The position numbers and the translations under genes are program-made. Shown here piece after piece: positions 60,863 to 64,000 of a DNA stretch of 64,000 nucleotides (the stretch's first letter is position 1; every line of letters begins with the position of its first letter). The notes beneath the pieces are model-generated. The model searched no databases. It saw only the letters and a program-made list of their open reading frames with translations, and was not told where the DNA came from. Origin of the DNA: an uncultured Prolixibacteraceae bacterium (lineage in GTDB: Bacteria; Bacteroidota; Bacteroidia; Bacteroidales; FEN-979); the NCBI GenBank assembly GCA_964473485.1, contig CAYYPH010000015.1, forward strand, positions 9,000 to 72,999, given 5' to 3'.

Positions 60863-61111
60863 ATGGCGAAATCAGGTTCAAAAGTTTGGTTGGCAGCAGC
60901 GCTTGGCTTGGCTGCCGGTATTGGGGTCGGTATGCTGATCGCACCGGCCAAGGGCTCAAAAACCCGGAAAAGACTGAAGAAGAGGATCATGGGTTTTGCC
61001 GACCTGATGCAGGAGGACATTTCGGAAAAACTGAACGCAATCAAATCAGCTCTTGGGGCAGAGGAAAAATCGGTTCACATGGATGATGAAGTTACTGAGG
61101 AGGGTAAATAA
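60863..61111 (+). CDS. YtxH-domain small membrane-anchored protein
   Basis: LGLAAGIGVGMLIAPAKGSKTRKRLK signature. Confidence 0.88.
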   Translation: MAKSGSKVWLAAALGLAAGIGVGMLIAPAKGSKTRKRLKKRIMGFADLMQEDISEKLNAIKSALGAEEKSVHMDDEVTEEGK

Positions 61112-61476
61112 TGGAATCTGAAAGACTTTCTGACAATGTCTCGTCGTTGACCGAGAATGTCAAGGATTATATAAACCTGCGAATCGACCTGTTCAAGCTG
61201 ATCATTACCGAGAAGATAGCAAAGGTCGCCTCTTTTTTCCTCATCAGTGTTGTGTTTTTCATCCTTGCGATGTTCATGCTGCTTTTCCTGTCGCTGGCAT
61301 TTATGTTCTGGTTTGGGGAGGTTGCAGGACCGATCTGGGCAGGTGCACTGATTGTCACAGCGTTTTATATCATCGCCGGGCTGCTGGTTTGGTGGAAGAG
61401 ACATGAAATATTCCTGAATCCCCTGGTCATGCAGATCACCAAAATCCTGATGGAGGATCCTGATGAAAACAAGTAA
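61111..61476 (+). CDS. Holin-like two-TM protein (phage_holin_3_6/YqjE-like)
   Basis: KDYINLRIDLFKL..TEK, two TM helices, GALIVTAFYII; coupled to YtxH by a TAATG overlap. Confidence 0.75.
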   Translation: MESERLSDNVSSLTENVKDYINLRIDLFKLIITEKIAKVASFFLISVVFFILAMFMLLFLSLAFMFWFGEVAGPIWAGALIVTAFYIIAGLLVWWKRHEIFLNPLVMQITKILMEDPDENK

Positions 61477-61750
61477 CCGTTATCACGTGAAACCGGAAAA
61501 GATCCGCTCGCTCAAGGATCTGGAGCTGGAACGGCAAAGGCTCAGATTGGAAATTCTGAAAACTGAAGAGCATATCCATCGCGACTACCGGAGAATTCTC
61601 GATGCCTTCACCCTCAAAAATATAGCATCAAGCGTGTTGGGTGACCTGGCCCACAACGCCACCTTTGCCGGTAAGGCCTTTGCATTCGGGAAGGCGATCA
61701 TGTCAAAGCGAAAAAAGAAAAAAAAGAATCAGTCCGAATCTGAATCATAA
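61463..61750 (+). CDS. Small basic hypothetical protein (YqjK-like position)
   Basis: IRSLKDLELERQRLRLEI coiled coil, basic C-terminus; overlaps the previous gene. Confidence 0.65.
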   Translation: MKTSNRYHVKPEKIRSLKDLELERQRLRLEILKTEEHIHRDYRRILDAFTLKNIASSVLGDLAHNATFAGKAFAFGKAIMSKRKKKKKNQSESES

Positions 61751-61759
61751 ACCAGGCTC

Positions 61760-62491
61760 ATGGTCCTTGAGGTTTGCGTAAATTCTGCCATGTCGGCCAT
61801 CGAAGCCCAGAAAGGCGGCGCCGACCGCGTTGAACTCTGTGAAAACCTGCACGATGGCGGCACCACTCCCAGCGCCGGAGCGATCCGGCTGGCCAGGGAA
61901 AAGTTACACATTCAACTATTTGTGATGATCCGCCCGCGCGGAGGTGACTTTCTTTATTCGGAGGATGAATTCCGGATGATGCAACACGACATCAAAGTGG
62001 CCAAAGCGGAAGGTGCTGATGGCGTTGTTTTCGGGATCCTGAACCCCGATGGAACCATCGACCGGGAGCGGATGAAGATGCTCGCAGCATTGGCGCGACC
62101 CATGGGCATCACTTGTCACAGGGCCTTCGACATGACCCACGATCCGATAAAAGCAATGGAGGACTTGATAATCCTGGGCTTTGACCGTATCCTGACATCC
62201 GGACAAAAACCCACCGCACCCGAAGGTGCTGACCTTATCAGGAACCTCGTCGCCAGCGCCGCCGGAAGGATCATCATCATGCCGGGCAGCGGGGTCAAGG
62301 AGCACAACATTGTTGAATTACGCGCAAAGACAGGAGCCACGGAATTTCATATACACCTTGACAAGCAAGAACCCAGCGGGATGGTTTTCAAACAAACATC
62401 CGTATACATGGGAAAACCCGACCAGTCGGAGTTTGAACATGTACTGACCGACTGGAAGCGAATAGCCAACGTAAGGAGGTTACTGGAATAG
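61760..62491 (+). CDS. cutC: Copper homeostasis protein CutC
   Basis: LEVCVNS, GADRVELC, GGTTPSAG, MIRPRGGDF, TCHRAFD, RILTSG, MPGSGV. Confidence 0.95.
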   Translation: MVLEVCVNSAMSAIEAQKGGADRVELCENLHDGGTTPSAGAIRLAREKLHIQLFVMIRPRGGDFLYSEDEFRMMQHDIKVAKAEGADGVVFGILNPDGTIDRERMKMLAALARPMGITCHRAFDMTHDPIKAMEDLIILGFDRILTSGQKPTAPEGADLIRNLVASAAGRIIIMPGSGVKEHNIVELRAKTGATEFHIHLDKQEPSGMVFKQTSVYMGKPDQSEFEHVLTDWKRIANVRRLLE

Positions 62492-62492
62492 G

Positions 62493-62543
62493 ACCCCGAC
62501 GGGGTCCCACCACCCCGACGGGGTCCCCCTACCCCGACGGGGT
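62493..62543. repeat. Three 13-bp palindromes (ACCCCG-A-CGGGGT) at 19-bp spacing; REP-like cluster
   Basis: Exact copies at 62493-62505, 62512-62524, 62531-62543 between convergent cutC and sirtuin genes. Confidence 0.88.
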
Positions 62544-62565
62544 GCCGTAACAGCCCAGGGATCAG

Positions 62566-63261
62566 TCACATGATATTGTCTTTCAACAACATCTGAATAC
62601 ATTTCGCCACCCCTGTTGTGGCTTTTTCCCTGATCACGGTGAGGTTGCGAATATAATAACCGGGTTCGGCTGCCGGATCGACAAGGAATTTCGGGGCTCT
62701 CGACGGAGCATACTGAAGCAATCCGGCAGCAGGGTAGACCTGTAGTGATGTGCCGACCACCACAACCACGTCGGCCCTGCGGATCAAAGAGGTAGCCTCC
62801 ATGATCAGGGGGACAGGCTCTCCGAACCAGACAATGTGGGGCCGTAACTGGGAACCCTTTTCGCAGCAATCACCAAGTTTCAGTTCCCATCCATCGAGGG
62901 CATAAACAAGGTCGGGATCGCGGGTGGAGCGAACTTTTTTCAGTTCACCGTGAAGGTGCAACACTTTGGTGGAACCCGCTCTTTCGTGGAGGTCATCAAC
63001 ATTCTGGGTAATAATCTGCACATCGAACCATTGTTCGAGCGCCGCCAGGTCGAAGTGCGCTTTGTTCGGTTCAACCTCGTACAACTGCTTCCTGCGCATG
63101 TTATAAAAATCAAGAACCAACTGCGGATCGCGCTCCCATGCATCCGGACTGGCCACCTCCTCAATACGGTATGAATTCCAAAGTCCATCGGCATCGCGGA
63201 AGGTTTTAATGCCGCTCTCCTGGCTTATCCCGGCTCCGGAAATCAAGACTATATTTTTCAT
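62566..63261 (-). CDS. cobB: NAD-dependent protein deacylase (Sir2/CobB, class III)
   Basis: GAGISQESGIKTFRD, FYNMRR (YxxR), TQNVDDLHERAG, HLHG, RPHIVWFGE, GTSLQVYPAA; ATG 63261 (alternative GTG 63270). Confidence 0.93.
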   Translation of the reverse strand: MKNIVLISGAGISQESGIKTFRDADGLWNSYRIEEVASPDAWERDPQLVLDFYNMRRKQLYEVEPNKAHFDLAALEQWFDVQIITQNVDDLHERAGSTKVLHLHGELKKVRSTRDPDLVYALDGWELKLGDCCEKGSQLRPHIVWFGEPVPLIMEATSLIRRADVVVVVGTSLQVYPAAGLLQYAPSRAPKFLVDPAAEPGYYIRNLTVIREKATTGVAKCIQMLLKDNIM

Positions 63262-63351
63262 CTGTTTCACAAGGTCCTTTCACCTGTCAGAACGTAGTAT
63301 CACATGATTAAAACCGCTTTCCCCGATTTGTTGTTGTAAAAAATCCTAAGG

Positions 63352-63388
63352 CCAGGCATGGTCATCCGGGGTTATAAACCATGCCTGG
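63352..63388. other. 11-bp inverted repeat with 15-nt loop just downstream of the NCS2 gene
   Basis: CCAGGCATGGT (63352-63362) ... ACCATGCCTGG (63378-63388). Confidence 0.6.
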
Positions 63389-63389
63389 G

Positions 63390-64000
63390 CTAAATTTTCC
63401 TCTCCTTTGCCGCGAAAACCTGGTTCAGAATAACGGCCATCAATGTGGAAACCGTCAGGGAGGATGAAAATACCGGCGCCAGCCATGAAGGTACTGTCAT
63501 AAAAAGCGAAGTCGTAATATCAACACTCAGCCCGAAGATCATGGAGATACCAATGATGAAGATCATTCGGGTGGTGATCGCGTTGGCCAGGATGATCTGC
63601 ATTCCTGAGATCAGCATGTAGGAGGTCACAAAAACCACGATGGCTCCCATGACAGGTAAAGGCATAATGGTGAAGATGGCGGCGATTTTTGGCAGGAATC
63701 CAAGGAAAATAAAGATCAGTCCCGCACTCCAGGCGATCACCCTGCTGGTAGCTCCTGTTGCAGCCGATAAACCGACGTTGCTTGCAGAGGTATCGGTGGC
63801 CACACCCCCCAGGAATCCGCAGGTAAATACGCTGATGCCGGAAGCCATCAACCCTTTTCCGACATTTTTCAGATCCGGCTCTTTCCAATCGGCATCACCA
63901 AGTTTCTGGCAGGTGATAATATTCCCAAACGACTTCAGGCACTGGATGATGGAAATTAAAATGAACGGCATAAGAAGGGAAAGGTCAAAGGAATACCGGA
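63390..64000 (-). CDS. Nucleobase:cation symporter-2 (xanthine/uracil permease), 5' part outside the window
   Basis: DTSASNVGLSAATGATSR NAT-signature region, FLPKIAAIFTIMPLPVMGA; frame open to the window edge. Confidence 0.88.
   Translation of the reverse strand, partial: RYSFDLSLLMPFILISIIQCLKSFGNIITCQKLGDADWKEPDLKNVGKGLMASGISVFTCGFLGGVATDTSASNVGLSAATGATSRVIAWSAGLIFIFLGFLPKIAAIFTIMPLPVMGAIVVFVTSYMLISGMQIILANAITTRMIFIIGISMIFGLSVDITTSLFMTVPSWLAPVFSSSLTVSTLMAVILNQVFAAKERKI

Noticed and set aside
61111-61476. Holin-like gene as a sign of a prophage
   Set aside because: No endolysin, structural, integrase or other phage genes nearby; this family is common in chromosomal stress operons.
53975-62543. 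Possible CRISPR array among the repeat tracts
   Set aside because: Units are 4-19 bp with no unique 25-45 bp spacers, and there are no cas genes in the window.
322-63888. Many 60-260 aa alternative-frame or antisense ORFs in the six-frame track (e.g. 917-1582, 8064-8660, 18523-19047, 34740-35444, 56650-57435, 58457-59038)
   Set aside because: All overlap well-supported genes, show no recognisable motifs, and are expected shadow ORFs at about 50% GC.

Overview
Bacterial chromosomal window from a Bacteroidota organism (probably an environmental Bacteroidales-like lineage, inferred from TAnnTTTG-type promoters, a type-B T9SS cargo protein, DUF4252/DUF5686 genes and the guaB-PPIase-surA-moxR cluster). 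It is gene-dense and mostly housekeeping: lpdA, rmlC, uvrA, rsfS, ftsH, cdsA, psd, pstSCAB, guaB, glyA, sixA-ppk1, priA, pfkA, cutC and a sirtuin. I found no rRNA, tRNA, CRISPR array, transposase, integrase or prophage. The notable content is respiratory. (i) A stand-alone 3-TM, 7-heme NapC/NirT-type cytochrome with the architecture of Geobacter ImcH (31243-32733). (ii) An operon at 50772-59540 in which a stripped-down three-gene quinol-oxidising module (Tat-exported Fe-S protein with two degenerate cluster motifs, 10-TM NrfD/ActC-type protein, membrane-anchored monoheme cytochrome c) precedes an A2-type caa3-like oxygen reductase in sco-I-III-IV-II-ctaB order, with a Fur-family-like palindrome upstream. 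The intergenic gaps of this operon are unusually packed with 4-, 7- and 8-bp tandem repeats, some in inverted orientation around genes. A triple REP-like palindrome lies at 62493-62543. All gene calls come from motif recognition only; no database searches were run.
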